Origin: Ranitomeya imitator
Taxonomy: Eukaryota
Reading direction: 5' to 3'
DNA length: 64,000 nucleotides
Assembly: GCF_032444005.1 (NCBI RefSeq)
Contig: NC_091282.1
Location: 476,284,001 to 476,348,000 of the forward strand
Both the position numbers and the translations under genes were made by a program. Shown piece by piece: positions 1 to 12,083 of the stretch (positions are counted from its first letter, which is position 1; each line of letters opens with the position of its first letter). The notes beneath the pieces are model-generated. The model made no database searches and was not told the DNA's origin. It was given only the letters and a program-made list of their open reading frames with translations.

Positions 1-260
1 AAAGGCAGGTGCGAGCAAGGTGACCTAGAAACCTGGATCAGTTACACCAGTTTTGTCAGGAAGAATGGGCCCAAATTCCGACCAACTATTGTTAGAAGCT
101 TGTGGAAGGATATCGCAAGCGTTTGACTCAAGTCATTCAGTTTAAGGGCAATGGTACCAAATACTAATGAAATGTATGTAAACTTCTGACTTTGCAGTAA
201 GTAATAAAAATGCCTTAAAATATTCTCTCTCATTATTCTGTCACTTTGCAAATATTAATA
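1..260 (+). mobile_element. 3' end of a degenerate Tc1-like transposon (in TEK intron 1)
   Basis: Frame starting at 3 reads RQVRAR*PRNLDQLHQFCQEEWAQIPTNYC*KLVEGYRKRLTQVIQFKGNGTKY* (ends 167). This is the typical Tc1/Sleeping Beauty C-terminus, with two internal stops. Confidence 0.85.
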
Positions 261-496
261 ATTATGGTAATCTACCAAGAAATTGTTATCGATTACAAGT
301 TGTCTGGAATCAACATCATAGTGTATTATTGTCAGACATATTCAGTACGAGGTTCAAAGACTTGTCTCCAATCTGCTAGGCCTTACAATCAGCAATACTT
401 GGAAGGACTCCTAAAAGCCTACCAGCACAGAGAGCCTTCTGCACCAACCTGCTCATCCCAAGATAACTACGAGAGCCTCAACCAGCATGGCATTAA

Positions 497-682
497 GGCT
501 TTGTTCTCAGACTCGGTATTTGGTCAGTATTTTACATCAGTATCTGTAAGCCAAAACCAGGAGTGGAAGAAAGAGAGGAAAAGTATAACAGAAACATGTC
601 ACCACTTTATCACCCACTCCTGGTTTTAACTTACACATACTGAGGTAAAATACTGACCAAATACTGATTGTGTGAACGTGGT
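497..682. mobile_element. Palindromic MITE with TTAA flanks
   Basis: Arms gtatttggtcagtattttacatcagtat...aaaaccaggagtgg and ccactcctggtttt...atactgaggtaaaatactgaccaaatac are reverse complements. TTAA lies at 493-496 and 683-686. Confidence 0.65.
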
Positions 683-731
683 TTAAAGCAAACTTTCCCA
701 GACAAATCCTTTACAAAACAGGAGACTATTG

Positions 732-1144
732 GGCTATGTTCACACGTTGTGTTTATGCTGCGTTTTTTTAATTCAAATTTTTGCTCTCTTATGCATGCTA
801 ATAAGGTTTAGTGACCCCCCCAAAAATCCCAATTTACTTTCCTTTGGTTTTTGCACCAAAAACGCAGCGAAAACTGATACCTGCGTTTTTTGCTGAGTCT
901 TTGCACCTACCAATTTTTTCCTATGGGTGAAAAAATGCTGCAAATACGTTGATAGAAGTGACATGTTGCAGTTTTCAAAAATTAAGCAGTTTCCAAATCA
1001 GTTAGGAAGATAAAACCAAGGTGTGTGCGTGAGATTTCAGAAATCTCATAGACTTTGCTGGTACTGTAAAACGCAGATTAAAATTTGCATTAAAAAAAGA
1101 CCGCAAAAAAAAATGCTGCAAAAACGCAATGTGAGGACATAGCC
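732..1144. mobile_element. MITE with GGCTATGTTCACAC-type termini (Harbinger/T2-like)
   Basis: Left end ggctatgttcacacgttg, right end caatgtgaggacatagcc followed by tta. Same terminal family as 3973-4340. Confidence 0.6.
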
Positions 1145-1875
1145 TTACGATACTTGAAGTAGCCACATAATAAATATATGTATCAAAATTCAACTTGCGA
1201 AGTTGCTGAGAACTCTGGAAGCATTGACCAGCTCATAAGTCAAGTTTCATCAACATAATATTTAATTTTCTATAACATTTAATTTCTCAAGGCTAAAACA
1301 AAAATGAAAATATTCTAATTTTCCCCATGGTATTAAGATGTACGTATAATCCAGTGTGGTTGGTACAAATGAGCTTCTTTGAAGATACAATAACAGGATA
1401 CAAATTGCTCATCATGACTTGTAGTTTTGCAGTTGACTCCAAAGCAGTCCAGCATGATCTCACCAGGTTGTTCCCGCTGCTAGAGGGACTGTGTTGGATA
1501 ATTTTACATTATTAAAACTTATTCTAAAGCCTCCCCCATTCACATTGGGTGGTTCAGCTGATGGTTCGCAGGCTGACATATACAGGAGAACATGCTTTAA
1601 GCGTAGCATACAGCAAAATACAATATCATGTTGAACTTGTATTAAACATAATGAAAATCCATCTACTATACAAGGGAAATTCTACAAACTTGTAACTGTT
1701 GTAACTAATCTACACAAGGCAAGTGTGTCGCCTCTGTGTATGGTAGTAATTACAGTAAACCTTTCTAAAATTACATTTGATACCTATTTACTTAGTTTTA
1801 TTAGCATCTTGTAGCAGTGAAAACAAACCATGCTCCATAATCTCATTTATTAGGGAGTTATCTGGATTTTCTTAC

Positions 1876-1927
1876 CTGAGATCACGAGTTGCGAGATACA
1901 TACAGCAAAAAATGCTAAAAAATCCAT
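1876..1927 (-). CDS. TEK: TEK (Tie2) receptor tyrosine kinase, coding exon 1 (signal peptide)
   Basis: ATG at 1927. The 52-nt exon reads MDFLAFFAVCISQLVIS(G) and ends in CAG|GTAAG. It matches recalled human TEK exon 1 (MDSLASLVLCGVSLLLSG, 52 nt) in size and phase. The upstream block matches the recalled human TEK 5'UTR, and the exon lies downstream of IFT74 on the same strand as in mammals. Confidence 0.9.
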
Positions 1928-2069
1928 GCTTTCCAAAATATATCCATCCAATTACCACGAGAATTCATAGAGTGGGCGCAAGTCACATTATGTTTCTCCC
2001 CGACTGTTCTGTTCGGTGTTGCTCTTGCATGCCGTAGTTTCTATCTGCCTTCCCATGGACACTGGTATA

Positions 2070-2182
2070 CTACTGTCTCGCTGCTGTCTAAGCACTGGGA
2101 GTTAAAGTTCCTTTTTCCTGTTTCCTCTTTAGATTAGGATGTGAAAGGCAGGATCTTTAAGGTATTTTGTACCAGCAGCATT
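2070..2182 (-). promoter_or_regulatory. Conserved TEK promoter/5'UTR block with ETS-site cluster
   Basis: Minus strand reads ctgctggtacaaaataccttaaagatcctgcctttcacatcctaatctaaagaggaaacaggaaaaaggaactttaactcccagtgcttagacag. Three GGAA cores at 2108-2111, 2115-2118 and 2122-2125. Strongly resembles the recalled human TEK sequence ...catcctaatctacaaaggaaacaggaaaaaggaacttaaaactccctgtgctcagacag. Confidence 0.8.
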
Positions 2183-2662
2183 TTAAAACATAGAAAATTA
2201 ACTCAGGAGAGGAATCCAGAGTAAGGGTTCAGGCTAGCGGGTATTAATCAACCATAATAAGTAGGTGAAATGTTTTTAATTATACACATTTGTACCCATT
2301 GTAGATCCTACATTGCCGATATTAATATAGGTGACAACCGAATTAGAGAAGATTGTTGCCTACATAGGTGCAGAAAATAATAGAAAACTGTTATGTTTAA
2401 AAAAGGTACAACTGAGAATCTTTAGAAAGGGGCAAACATATAAAGATAGATAACATTGGTGTTCAGCTTGTTACGTACCCTTATCAGCGCTGTGCATTGT
2501 ATCACAACCTGCTGAAGTTACATCACACAATCTAAGAATTAAGCCGGTATGATGGCCCCACATCTCCCTACATACAGTATGTCCCCACAACCCCCTATAT
2601 AAAGTAAAATGGCTCAAAGCATCTCTATATCCAGTATAATGGCCCCACAATCCCCTTACATA

Positions 2663-4465
2663 CAGGCACTTCTCACAAAATTAGAATATCATCAAAAAGT
2701 TAATTTATTTCAGTTCTTCAATGCAAAAAGTGAAACTCATATTATATAGAGGCATCACAAACCGTGTGATCTATTTCAAGTGTTTATTTCTGTTAATGTG
2801 GATGATTATGGCTTACAGCCAATGAAAACCCAAAAGTCACTATCTCAATAAATTAGAATAATTAACGAAAAACACCTGCAAAGGCTTCCTATAGTAAGCC
2901 ACAAAACCACAAAAGGTCATTGAAGCTGGCTGTTTACAGAGTGCTGTATCCAAGCATATTAATGGAAAGTTGAGGGGAAGGAAAAAGTGTGGTAGAAAAA
3001 TGTGCAACCGGGATCACCGCAACCTTGAAAAGATTGTTAAGAATGGGCCATTCAAAAATTTGGAGGAGATTCACAAGGAGTGGACTACTGCTGGAGTCAT
3101 TGCTTCTAGATCCACCACACAGACATATGCAGGACATGGGCTACAAGTGTCACATTCCTTGTGTCAAGCCACTCGTGACCAATAGACAATGTCAGAAGCG
3201 TCTTACCTGGGCCAAGGAGAAAAAGAACTGGACTATTGCTCAGTGGTCCAAGGTGTTGTTTTCAGATGAAAGTAAATTTTGCATTTCATTTGGAAATCAA
3301 AGTCTCAGAGTCTGGAGGAAGAGTGGAGAGGCCACAATCCAAGCTGCTGGAGGTCTAGTGCAAAGTTTCCACAATCAGTGATGGTTTGGGGAGCCATGTC
3401 ATCTTCTGGTGTAGGTCCACTGTGTTTTATCAAGACCAAAGTCAGCACCACCATCTACAAGGAAATTTTAGAGCACTTCATGCTTCCCTCTGTCGACAAG
3501 CTTTTAGGAGATAGCAATTTCTTTCTCCAGCAGGGCTTGGCACCTGTCCACACTGCCAAAAGTACCAATACCAGGTTTAAAAACAACAGTATCACTGTGC
3601 TTGATTGACCAGCAAACCCGCCTGACCTTAACCCCATAGAGAATCTATTGGGTATTGTCAATAGGTAGATGAGAGACACCAGACCCAACAATGCAGATGA
3701 GCTGAAGGCTGTTATCAAAGCAACCAGGGCTTCCATAACACCTCAGCAGTTCCACATGCTGATCGCCTCTATGCCACACTGCATTGATGCAGTAATTGAT
3801 GCAAAAGGAGCCCCGACCAAGTATTGAGTGCATTTACTGAACATACATTTCTGTAGGCCAACATTTCAGATTTTAACATCATTTTTCAAGCTGGTGTTAT
3901 AAAGTATTCTAATTTACTGAGATAATGACTTTTGGGTTTTCATTGGCTGTAAGCCATAATCATCAACATTTAGGCTGTGTACACACGTTGCGGTTTTTCC
4001 CGATAAAAACGCTACAAAACCGCAAAAAACCGCATACAATAAGCATCCCATCATTTAGAATGAATTCCGCATGTTTTGTGCACATGATGCATTTTTTTCC
4101 GCGAAAAAAACGCATCGCGGCAAAAAACGCAGCATGTTCATTAGTTTTCCGGTTTTTTTTGCGGATTTCCCACTCCAAAATGCATTGGGAAGTGTCCGGA
4201 AAAAACCGCGGCAAAAACGCATCAAAACCGCGGCAAAAACACGTCAAAACCGCGGCAAAAATGCATGCGGTTTTCTTGCAGAAAATGTCCGGAATTCTCA
4301 GGAATTTTCTGCGAGAAATCCTGAACGTGTGCACATAGCCTAACAGAAATAAACACTTGAAATAGATCACTCTGTAATGACTATATATTATACAAGTTTC
4401 ACTTTTTGTATTGAAGAACTGAAATTAACTTTTTGATGATATTCTAAATTTGTGAGAAGCACCTT
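2663..4465 (+). mobile_element. Full-length degenerate Tc1-like transposon
   Basis: TA|caggcacttctcacaaaattagaat...attctaaatttgtgagaagcacctt|ta with ~210-bp TIRs. Broken transposase frames include KVLFSDESKF, VMVWGAMSSSGVGPL, QQGLAPVH and PDLNPIENL. Confidence 0.9.
3973..4340. mobile_element. MITE nested in the Tc1 right TIR
   Basis: TIRs ggctgtgtacacacgtt / aacgtgtgcacatagcc with tta/taa flanks. It interrupts catcaacattaacagaaat, which is intact in the sister copy at 45602-45620. Confidence 0.8.
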
Positions 4466-5199
4466 TACAGTATAATGGGCCCACAGCCCCCTACATACAG
4501 TATGATAACACCACAGCTCCCCTACACATATGATCATGGCCAGCTACCTACATACAATATGATGGCCCAACAGCTCCCCTACATACAGTATGATGGCCCC
4601 ACAACCACCATACATCCAGTATAAACAAACAGCTACCCTATATACAGTATGATGCCCTCACAGCCCCCTATATACACTATGATGCCCCAGAGACCCTCTA
4701 TATACAGTATGATGGCGTTACAACTCCCTTACAAGCAGAACAGCCCCACAGCTCCTTATATATAGTATAAATCAGATTGATGGCCTTATAGCTTCCTACA
4801 TACAGTATAATGGCTCCACAGCCTCCATACATACAGGCAGTGGCGTAACTACCGCGGTCGCAGCGGTCGCCATTGCGACGGGGCCCGGCAGGTCAGGGGC
4901 CCTCTGCCCAGCAGGTCAGAGGCACCGGCTGACACCATGTTGCAGTGCAGGAGAAGATCCCTCCCGCACGGCAACAGTCTGAGGCGTATCTAGGGGGAGG
5001 GGGCAGCCGGGGTATGGGAGAGTTAGGAACTTGGAAGCAGCTCCAGTCAGCACTGTGAGACTGTGACAGCGTCTCCTGCTCTGAGCCCCGGGACTGAAGG
5101 GGAGAGCAGGGGAGGTGCAGGACATGACAGCGGTGTGCAAGCAGGAGAAGCTGAGGAGCTGCAGGTTAATATCAGCCTCCCCTTTACCAGAGAGGAGTG

Positions 5200-5886
5200 T
5201 GAGATGTGTGTATGAGCTGGTGTGTTTGTGTGTGATATCTATAGTGTGTGTGTGTGTGATATCTGTAGTGTGTGTGTGTGATATCTGTAGTGTGTGTGTG
5301 TCTGACATCTGTAGTGTGTGTGTGTGTGTGATATCTGTAGGGTGTGTGTGTGATATCTGTAGTGCGTGTGTTATATATGTAGTGTGTGTGTGAGATCTGT
5401 AGTGTGTGTGTGTGTGTGTGATATCTGTAGTGCGTGTGTTATATATGTAGTGTGTGTGACATCTGTAGTGTGTGTGTGATATCTGTAGTGTGTGTGATAT
5501 CTGTAGTGTGTGTGATATCTGTAGTGTGTATGTGTGTGTGATATCTGTAGTGTGTGTGTGTGTGATATCTGAAGTGTGTGTGTGTGTGATATCTGTAGTG
5601 TGTGTGTGATATCTGTAGGGTGGGTGTGTGATATCTGTAGTGCGTGTGTTATATATGTAGTGTGTGTGTGAGATCTGTAGTGTGTGTGTGTGTGTGTGTG
5701 ATATCTGTAGTGCGTGTGTTATATATGTAGTGTGTGTGACATCTGTAGTGTGTGTGTGATATCTGTAGTGTGTGTGATATCTGTAGTGTGTGTGATATCT
5801 GTAGTGTGTATGTGTGTGTGATATCTGTAGTGTGTGTGTGTGTGATATCTGAAGTGTGTGAGTGTGTGATATCTGTAGTGTGTGTG
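5200..5886. repeat. (TG)n-gatatctgta compound minisatellite
   Basis: Repeating gtgtgtgtgatatctgta units with variable TG runs. Source of spurious ORF 4916-6055. Confidence 0.9.
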
Positions 5887-7199
5887 AGGCAGGGGCGTAA
5901 CTACCACTGTCTGGCAAATCAGGGGCCCGACAGGTCAGAGGCACCCGACTCCCCCCGTCGTAGCCGCCGCAGTGAACTATACCGGCGTTTATGATGCCGG
6001 TACAGTTCAAAGCAATGATGGAGAGAGCGTCAGCTGATGCTCCCTCTCCCATCATTCCCCTCTGCCTCTGGCACTGCGGGTGCGTGATGACATCACTTCA
6101 TCGCGCACCCGCTGTGTGTGGGGCCCAGGCAGTGCAGCATCTGCACAGGTGATGGTGGCCGCCATATTGGCAAAGCCTGTGGCGGCTGCTGCGACCGGGA
6201 ACAGGCGGTTCCAGAGCTAGTGGGGGGCACGTGGACCAAGCCGCCCAGGAGGGGGATGCTGCAGCGGCTCAGCCATATGGAGGATCCGGGGATGAACATG
6301 GAGGTGTACGGTACCGGCGGAAGTGAGGTGTGTCTGCTGCCCGTGTGTCGCCGTCTCGGCCCCCAGCGTCCCTGGCCCCCTGTGACACCAGCCCCGTTTC
6401 CTCCCTGTTGTCCCATGCCCCATGTCCTAGTAGGTCCCCAGGTTCAGGTCATTGTGCTCCTCCGGGCCCCCCGTACACACCTTGTTCCTCCTCCCCTGGT
6501 CTCCCAATGCTCATCTTCCATGCCGAGTCCTCCTGCACCCCCATGCATTCCCTGCCCCTTGTCCGTGTGACTCGTCTGCCCTGCTCTCAAGTCTCCCCTG
6601 TCCCCTTTCTCACCGTGTGTTCTCCATCTACCCTGTCCTTGTAATCCCTGTGCCCCTTCTTCCCTCCTCCCAAGTCTCCCCCCCATCTTCCTCTGTCCCC
6701 TTGCAGCCCTTGCGTCCCTATCTACTCTGCCCTCGGAGTCCCCTTGTGCCTGTCTCCCTTGCACCCTAGTCCCCGTGTGTCCCATTGTGCCCTTCTCCCC
6801 TTCCTCTTAGTCCCTATGAGTCCCCTTGTGCTTCTATCCCTTGTCCCCGTGTGTAGCCTTGTGTCAGTGTCCCTTGCCCACTAGTCCCTTTGTGTCCCCT
6901 TGCGCCTGTCTCCCTTGTCCCCTTATACTTGTGTCCCTAGTAACCGTGTGCGAGTCTCCCTTGCCCATTAGTCCCTGTGTGTCCCCTTGTGCCAGTCTCC
7001 CTTGCCCACTAGTCCCCTTGTAACCTTCTCCCCCGCCTCCTAGCCCCCATGTGTCCCCTTGTTCCTGTCTTCCTTGCTCCCTAGCCCCCCTGTTACCATT
7101 GTGGCTGTCTCCCCTACCCCTCTTGTGTCCTTGTCCCCTGCCCCCTAGTCACCATTTCCTCATGTCTTTCTCACTGTCCCTTTATGAAGGGGGTGCATT

Positions 7200-7900
7200 A
7201 CACTATGAGGGGGGCTGCATTATATTCTATGGGGGTTACATTGTATTGTATGGCAGGGCTGCAGTATACTCTGTGGGGTGGCTGTATTATACTATATGTG
7301 GGCTGCATTATACTGAATCGAGGACTATGGGGAATATATTATACTATATGAAGAACTATGGTCCATTATACTATGGGAAGTGAATTGTACAACATGGATG
7401 ACGATGGCGGTGCATTATACTATATGGAGCACTATGAGGAGTGTATTATACTATATGGAGGACTGAGCAGTGTATTTTAATATATGGAGTACTATGTGGA
7501 GTGTATAATACTAAATGGAGGACTGAAGAGTGTATTATACTATATGGAGGACTATGAGGAGTGTATTATACTGTATGGAGGACTGAGCAGTGTAATTTAA
7601 TATATGGAGGACTATGTGGAGTGTATAATACTAAATGGAGGACTGAGGAGTGTATTATACTATATGGAGGACTATGAGGGGTGTATTATACTATATGGAG
7701 GACTGAGCAGTGTATTATACTATATGGAGCACTACGAAGAGTGTATTATGCTATATGGAGCACTATGAGGAGTGTATTTTAATATACGGAGGAGTGTATT
7801 ATACTATATGTAGGACTGAGGAGTGTACAATACTATATGGGGGACTATGGGGAGTGTATTATACTATAAGGAGTACTATGGGGGTGCATTATACTTCTCA
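7200..7900. repeat. ~30-bp minisatellite (gagtgtattatactatatggaggactatgag-like)
   Basis: Visible tandem units inside the hAT-like element. Confidence 0.8.
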
Positions 7901-10340
7901 TATGGATCCCCATGACTTCTATGTTAGCCCCTGATGAGTATAATGGTTTATTTTCTTTTATACATTACATAACAATGGCATTACGGGGGACAAATATATG
8001 CCAGGATGGGGCACTGGATAGTTATGCAACTGAGGTCACACTATACAACTTTGCAATAAAGCTATAGTGTGCAAAATTAATAGGGAAAATGTGAATTTGG
8101 GTGGAAAATATTTTGGCATGGTGGGGGGGCCCCATTTGAAAGTTTGCATCGGGGCCCATAACTTTGTAGTTACGCCACTGCATACAGGGTGATGTCCCCA
8201 GAGCCCTGCTATACACAGTATGTCCTCACAGCCCCCTATAGACAGTATGTTGTCTCCACAGTCCCTCTATATACAGTATAGCTTCACAACTCCCTTGTGA
8301 ACAGAACAACAGCCCCACAGCTCCTTATAAATAGTATAAGTCCACAGTTCCCTATATACCGTATGAAAGCACCACAGTCCCCTATGTACAGATTGATGGT
8401 CCCACAGCTCCCTACATAAATATGATTGCTCCAAAGCTCCCTATCTACAGTATGATGGACCCACAATTGCTGTGTGGCTCGTCTTCAGTCTGGTCGTTTT
8501 CTGGAGAGGCTCCTCAGTAGGTACAGGCAGCGTCAGGTGAGTTGCGTGACGTCATTCAGCAGATGCGGCTATGCACAGCATTTTGTGTGGCCGCACCTGC
8601 TAGGAGAGCTAGAAGCAGCCACAAACTTTCTACTACAAGTTCTCCTGACAAGTTATACTTGAAAGTCAAAGCAACAAAAAGATCTTGCTCCACCGAAACA
8701 ATAGAGAATACATTCAGCTGCACACAAAAAAATATATATTTCTAATTTTCAAAGAGAAAGACATGCATTGATCTGCACATTGCTTATACTGCGGCTTCTT
8801 TGATAACATTTATTGTTGCATGTTATTATTAGTGTCGCCTCATTTTTCTTTTTTTAATGCGGATATCGCTATATACACCTCTTTATAGCTCATAAAGGTT
8901 TTCCTGAAATGTTAACCTTATGGTATGCATTGATTGTTTTTCCACATTACCTTATGCACTTGCATTTCTTACAGCATCTACTGTTAGCCATTTTATTATT
9001 GGTGTTTGGCATCTATTTTCTTGTTCATCACGTCTCCATAAATACCTAATACTTTACGAGTACCTTCACGACCACAGCTAGCGCAGTTCTGAATGACCCA
9101 GATAGTCTGCATGCGCAGTATTGAAGTCTCGATGCATGCGTACTATTAATGATTGTGACGTGAGAGCATCCCCCAATTCTGGACACTGAGCAGCTTGGAT
9201 ATAGTATGTTCATGTACAATACGGCCCTGGCTAAATCCATACTCCTGGTAACTATAGTTTTTTGATGATCATACTATTTAAGGCACACATACCCCTGGTG
9301 TTTTTGTATTAATAAAAGTGTTATTTGAAAAACTTTCACCATTTTGTAAGAATTTCTTTGTCTTGGAGAATTATGTAGTTATGCTGTAAAGAGGCCGCTG
9401 TACTCTTACAAACAATATGGTGCCTTCAGAAGACAATTGGTGAAGGTGCCAAGAGTCACAACCAACTAGAGAGTGGTGGCTTATCCTAATGATAGGCTAT
9501 CAATAGTCTGATCTTGGAAACCCACTTTTTAATTACCTTTGACAGAAGAGATCAATGTAGGGACTTAAGTACCAATATAATGGCGATGAGTAAGGGTACC
9601 GTCACACAGTACAATTTTGATCGCTACGACGGCACGATTCGTGACGTTCGAGCGATATAGTTACGATATCGCAGTGTGTGACACGCTCCTGCGATCAGGG
9701 ACCCCGCTGTGAATCGTACGTCGTAGCACATCGTTTGAAACTTTCTTTCGTCGTCTAGTGTCCCGCTGTGGCGGCATGATCGCATGGTGTAACAAAGGTG
9801 TGCACGATATTGTATACGATGTAAAGGGCGGAGGAGCTGGCTACGTAGGAGCGCAAAATTCTCCACCTCCCGTGTGCTGATTGGGCGGTACAATACTGTG
9901 CGCTCATTCAACAGACAAAGGACTATTGTTCCAAGCGGATAAAACCGGAGCTGTCGAGCGCTCTATTCATTTCTCTCTGTAGCACGTGCTGGATACAGAA
10001 CTCCTAAATTCGCTGGATTCCCTGTACTTTTATAACTACTACAACTACAGACTTTTACCGCAAAAGGTATGCATAACGCTACAGCGTAGCAGATGTTGCG
10101 CTTCAACGGGGATAAACGCTGGAGCGTGGTCGATTGTTCCTTTATGGAGAGTAGGGTAGGCCAGAGAACCTCAGGTACACAGCTGTAGCGTGGCCCAATT
10201 AATTAATCCTTTTACAGATCGAGATGGTTGACTGCCCCATTTAATACCAGTAGTAACATATATAGTTATTAGATCAATGGTCAGAACATTGTTTTGTAAG
10301 CACGTGTATTTATTGTACATTTGTTTTATTTTTAGGAACT

Positions 10341-12083
10341 ATGCTCACTTCCGATGAGAGTTCTGTTGTTGCTGCTGCCCTGGTGTTTGAGGCAGCACGT
10401 CTCCAAGAAGAGAGACGTCCTAAACGAAAACGTCGCATGTGGACCCGGAGCTGGCTGCAGAAAAGATCCACATTGTCACACATGGGTCTCATAAGAGAGT
10501 TACATGACAATAACCCTCATGATTTCCGAAACTACCTTCGGATGTCCGAGGAATCCTTCAAAATAATACTGTCTGCTGTTACGCCACTCATACAAAGGCG
10601 TGATACGCCGATGCGTGCAGCCGTGCCCGTGGATGAAAGGTTGGCGGTGACACTGCGGTTCCTGGCAACAGGAAGGTCTCTTCAGGATTTGCAGTTTTCC
10701 GCAGCTGTTTCCAGACCTTTCCTGAGCGTTGTGATTCCGGAGACATGCGAGGCCATTGTGCACAGCTTAAGGCATTATATGGAGGTACTACTATATTATT
10801 TTGGCTGTTGTGTTATGTCGATATATTATACTAGCTATTTAACCCGTTCTACGCCCTGGTTGCGCGCATTTCTATTGGTATATGTTCTACATCCTATCAT
10901 GTGCTGCTCCCATCCTGCGCCCCCATTCTGACATGTGCTGCTGCGATCCTGCGCCATCCTGCGCCTCCATTCTGACATGTGCTGCTCCCATTTTGCGGCT
11001 CCATTCTGACATGTGCTGCTCCAATCCTGCGCCACCCTTCTTTTATTTGCTGCTCCCAACGTAATTTAATAGGTTATATTATTTTAATATATTGTTTTGC
11101 ACCCCCTCTCAGTCAGTGAAGCCGTCTGATAAAATGGCTGCCTGCATATTCTGGATTGTTGACTATAACTTTGTTATACTAATCAAAACTGTGCGTCAAT
11201 CACTCTAGGATGTCCACATGAGAGTGTATGTGCACAACAATATATTTGACCTAATTTGTACATGTTTCCTTCTCATCTTGCAGTTTCCCAAGACGGCGGA
11301 GGACTGGAAGAAGATTGCTTCCGATTTTGATCAGCTGTGGCAGTTTCCAAACTGCGGTGGTGCATTAGATGGAAAGCATGTGCGCATCACGCAACCAGCC
11401 AACTCTGGATCCTTTTTTTTCAACTACAAAGGATATTTCAGTGTGATCCTCATGGCCCTTGTCAATGCGAACTATGAGTTCGTCGATGTGGATGTTGGCA
11501 TGAATGGTCGAGTCTCCGACGGTGGAGTTTTTGAACACACTTCATTTGGGGAAAGCTTAAGGAACAATCAACTGCAGTTGCCAGTAAATGAAGACACAAA
11601 AGCAAACCTCAATTTTGTTTTCATCGCAGACGAAGCTTTCCCTCTTCATCCACATTTGCTGAAGCCATTTGCACAGAGAACACTCACACCGGAGCGCCGA
11701 ATCTATAATTACCGGTTGTCGAGGCCCGTCGTGTGGTTGAAAATGCCTTTGGGATTATGGCTAATCGGTTTAGAGTGTTCCACACAGCTATCAACTTGAA
11801 GCTGCCGTCTATAGACTTTGTGGTTTTGGCATGCTGTGTGCTCCATAATTTCCTGAGACATCATGATACGAGCTCCTATTCTCCTCCTTCGTTTATTGAT
11901 GCAGTGGACCCAAGAACCGGAGATATTGTGCCCGGGGAATGGCGTACACAACCTGATAATTTAACAGCTCTTCAAGCACTTGGATCTGGCAGACAGGCAG
12001 ACGATGCAAGGGACTGTCGAGAAAAATACTGTTAGTACTTTAATGGTTCTGGAGCTGTACCCTGGCAGGATCGCGCCGTATAA
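10341..12083 (+). pseudogene. Harbinger (HARBI1-like, DDE_Tnp_4) transposase, two coding exons, one frameshift and one late stop
   Basis: Exon 10341-10784 (GAG|GTACTA), intron 10785-11283 (ttccttctcatcttgcag), exon 11284-12083. Motifs: ERLAVTLRFLATG (HTH), GALDGKH, FIADEAFP, RVVENAFG. A 1-bp loss at ~11722-11725 (agg[g]cccgtcgt) and TAG at 12033-12035, 16 codons before the natural TAA. About 414 aa if repaired. Confidence 0.9.

Larger units (their letters stand above)
4838..8180. mobile_element. Non-autonomous hAT-like element (3.3 kb) filled with minisatellites
   Basis: TIRs cagtggcgtaact / agttacgccactg and a perfect 8-bp TSD CATACAGG (4830-4837, 8181-8188). An internal second terminus caggggcgtaactac lies at ~5890. 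Confidence 0.85.
2544..8470. repeat. Degenerate ~35-bp minisatellite tract (catacagtatgatggccccacagcccccta-like) split by Tc1 and hAT insertions
   Basis: The same unit recurs at 2544-2662, 4466-4837 and 8189-8470, on either side of the two inserted elements. Confidence 0.7.

Noticed and set aside
246-629. 127-aa ORF as a possible exon or gene
   Set aside because: No recognisable domain, its 3' third runs through a palindromic MITE, and it is antisense within TEK intron 1.
4916-6055. 379-aa His/Thr-rich ORF
   Set aside because: Translation of the (CA)n/TG minisatellite inside the hAT-like element.
8460-8745. Possible exon with CAG|GTGAGT donor and TGACGTCA motif
   Set aside because: No frame matches a known protein and there are no partner exons. 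It sits at the edge of a repeat tract.
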